DNA of 49,074 bases from Macrostomum lignano (taxonomy: Eukaryota): contig NIVC01003613.1 of NCBI GenBank assembly GCA_002269645.1, forward strand, positions 1 to 49,074. The letters are read 5' to 3'. Positions within the stretch are counted from its first letter, which is position 1. Each line of letters starts with the position of its first letter. The notes beneath the pieces were generated by a model, which was given only the letters and a program-made list of their open reading frames with translations, was not told where the DNA came from and ran no database searches. Positions 47,611-49,074 of this stretch are shown here, in pieces. The position numbers were made by a program, and so were the translations under genes.

Positions 47611-48424
47611 GGAGGGCACCAGGCCTTATCTGAAAATGTGGTTGGCATCAGTCTCCTCCCTTTGAACAGACACTAGGTCCCTGATGAATTTTATGGCATT
47701 AGTCCTCTTCCTGAAGGACTGGGGGTCCTTCATACCCTGATCATGCAGAAATGTAATGTAAATTACGTACGTACAAAGACCAGAAACTAAAGAGTTGGTT
47801 CATCATAGCAAAGACGAAAGTCTATTTTAATATCATAAAGCTTCTATAGCTTCAGATAGACAATGTTCACTCTGACAGAGCAGAATGTACTTTTCTATTT
47901 CACCAAATAGTTTTTTGTGTAATGTCTGGCATTGAATCATAAGACTCGAAAATAAATTTGTAGAAAGAGGCTTGACTTACAAATAACAAAACAACAAAAA
48001 ATTCTTAAGATTCATTTCAGTGAATAAAATCTACACTTTCATGTAATAAACATCTGATAGCGGGTTAAAAGAGAAAAGTTTTCAGAATGCAAAAATTGGG
48101 GCAAATAAAGTGCGTAGGCACGAGTGAGATTCTTAAATAGATACATTCAATTTTATTATAGGTTGTTCATATGTCTAGTATTAGAATATTTTCAATAATA
48201 TAAACTAAAATAATCTAAATAAAAACAAAGGAAAGCTTAAATTTACTATCAAGATATCAAGTAGAGAGGCGCATATAATATCGTATAAATCATAATATTT
48301 CTTAGCATATTATTTCACAAGGTAAGGAGAATTTTATCAATCAAATCAACCAAATTGCCAATGATTTTTTGCCGGTTCAAAAAACATTCTATGAAATGTA
48401 CATTACATGTACTTTGCTTGCGGT

Positions 48425-48890
48425 TGAACGGCCAATGTTAATATACATTAGATGGTCCTATCTCCGCTACTGATAAAAACAGCGAGAAGATAAACCAACC
48501 AATCACGTGACGATTTGCCTTTCAGTCACTTGCTACTACTTGGGAAATAATAAATGTTTTAATGTCGCTCTTATTCCGTTTAGAGTTAAACGCCTAAAGT
48601 CTCCGCTATCGCTGCTACTGATAAAACAGCGATAAGATCAACCAGTCACGTGACGATTTGCCTCTCAGTCTTACGTTTGTGAAATTAATAGACCAGTTAT
48701 ATGTTCGCTCTTGCTCCGTTTAGGGTTAAACGGCCAACGTATGTACATTAGATGGTCCAATCTCCGCTACTGATAAACAGCGGAACCAGTCACGTGACGA
48801 TTTGGCTCTTTGACGGTTTGACTCTCAGTCACGTGCTACTACTTGTGAAATAAACAGAGATAAATATATGTTCGCCTGTCTCTCATATCA
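48425..48890. promoter_or_regulatory. Three degenerate ~150-bp modules carrying TCACGTG(AC) E-box palindromes, possible upstream regulatory region of the next gene
   Basis: TCACGTGAC at 48503, GTCACGTGAC at 48645 and 48789, GTCACGTG at 48828, each in a shared CTCCGCTACTGATAAA..CAGCG..AACCA(A/G)TCACGTGACGATTTG context. CpG-rich sequence begins near 49020. The regulatory role is inferred. Confidence 0.35.
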
Positions 48891-49074
48891 TAAGCTCAAA
48901 TAAAACTCCTGCAATCAGGTTTCTTAAGGACAATTCAAAACTCAAGAGGGCCCCTCTCCACTCCTGATTCATTCGCTGTCTCACTCAATCTCATTAATCC
49001 TATCTCACATCCTAAACGATTGAGCCTGCGGCGGATAAGCCGTGTCATTAAGCCGGCGGCGCCGCCGTAGGATT

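Noticed and set aside
1-49074. Assigning the sequence to a specific taxon (the repeat-filled introns and GC-rich exons reminded me of free-living flatworms such as Macrostomum)
   Set aside because: This is an impression only, and it needs a database search with the PPIG and GTF3C1 proteins.

Overview
This is eukaryotic (invertebrate-animal-like) genomic DNA with GT-AG introns. The supplied ORF track is mostly repeat artefact, so I rebuilt genes by hand from splice phases. Left to right: a ~28-copy 183-bp satellite (390-5479); a fold-back repeat (~5510-5940); a CACTA/EnSpm (CMC)-type DNA transposon with a spliced DDE transposase (7139-9997) and a truncated partner gene (11177-12109); several MITEs and a decayed tRNA-derived SINE (13.5-17.5 kb); a 12-exon SR-cyclophilin (PPIG-like, 17670-26489, 1486 aa) whose last exon holds roughly 80 Ser-Pro heptad-type repeats; and a 13-exon TFIIIC large subunit gene (GTF3C1-like, 28250-45758). 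Intron 6 of the latter holds a full-length Mag-type Gypsy element (35773-40117, identical 158-bp LTRs, ATTTT target duplication). The most notable patterns are these. All 15 introns over 300 nt are filled by their own tandem repeat, while all 8 short introns are repeat-free. Reverse-complementary (GACA)n and (TGTC)n tracts flank GTF3C1 exons 11-12. The young Gypsy copy has lesions at its protease and RNase H active sites. Four single-base frameshifts, three in or beside homopolymer runs, may be assembly errors. I found no CRISPR array, rRNA or intact tRNA. All family assignments come from recalled motifs, not database searches, and I cannot claim a proven new system.
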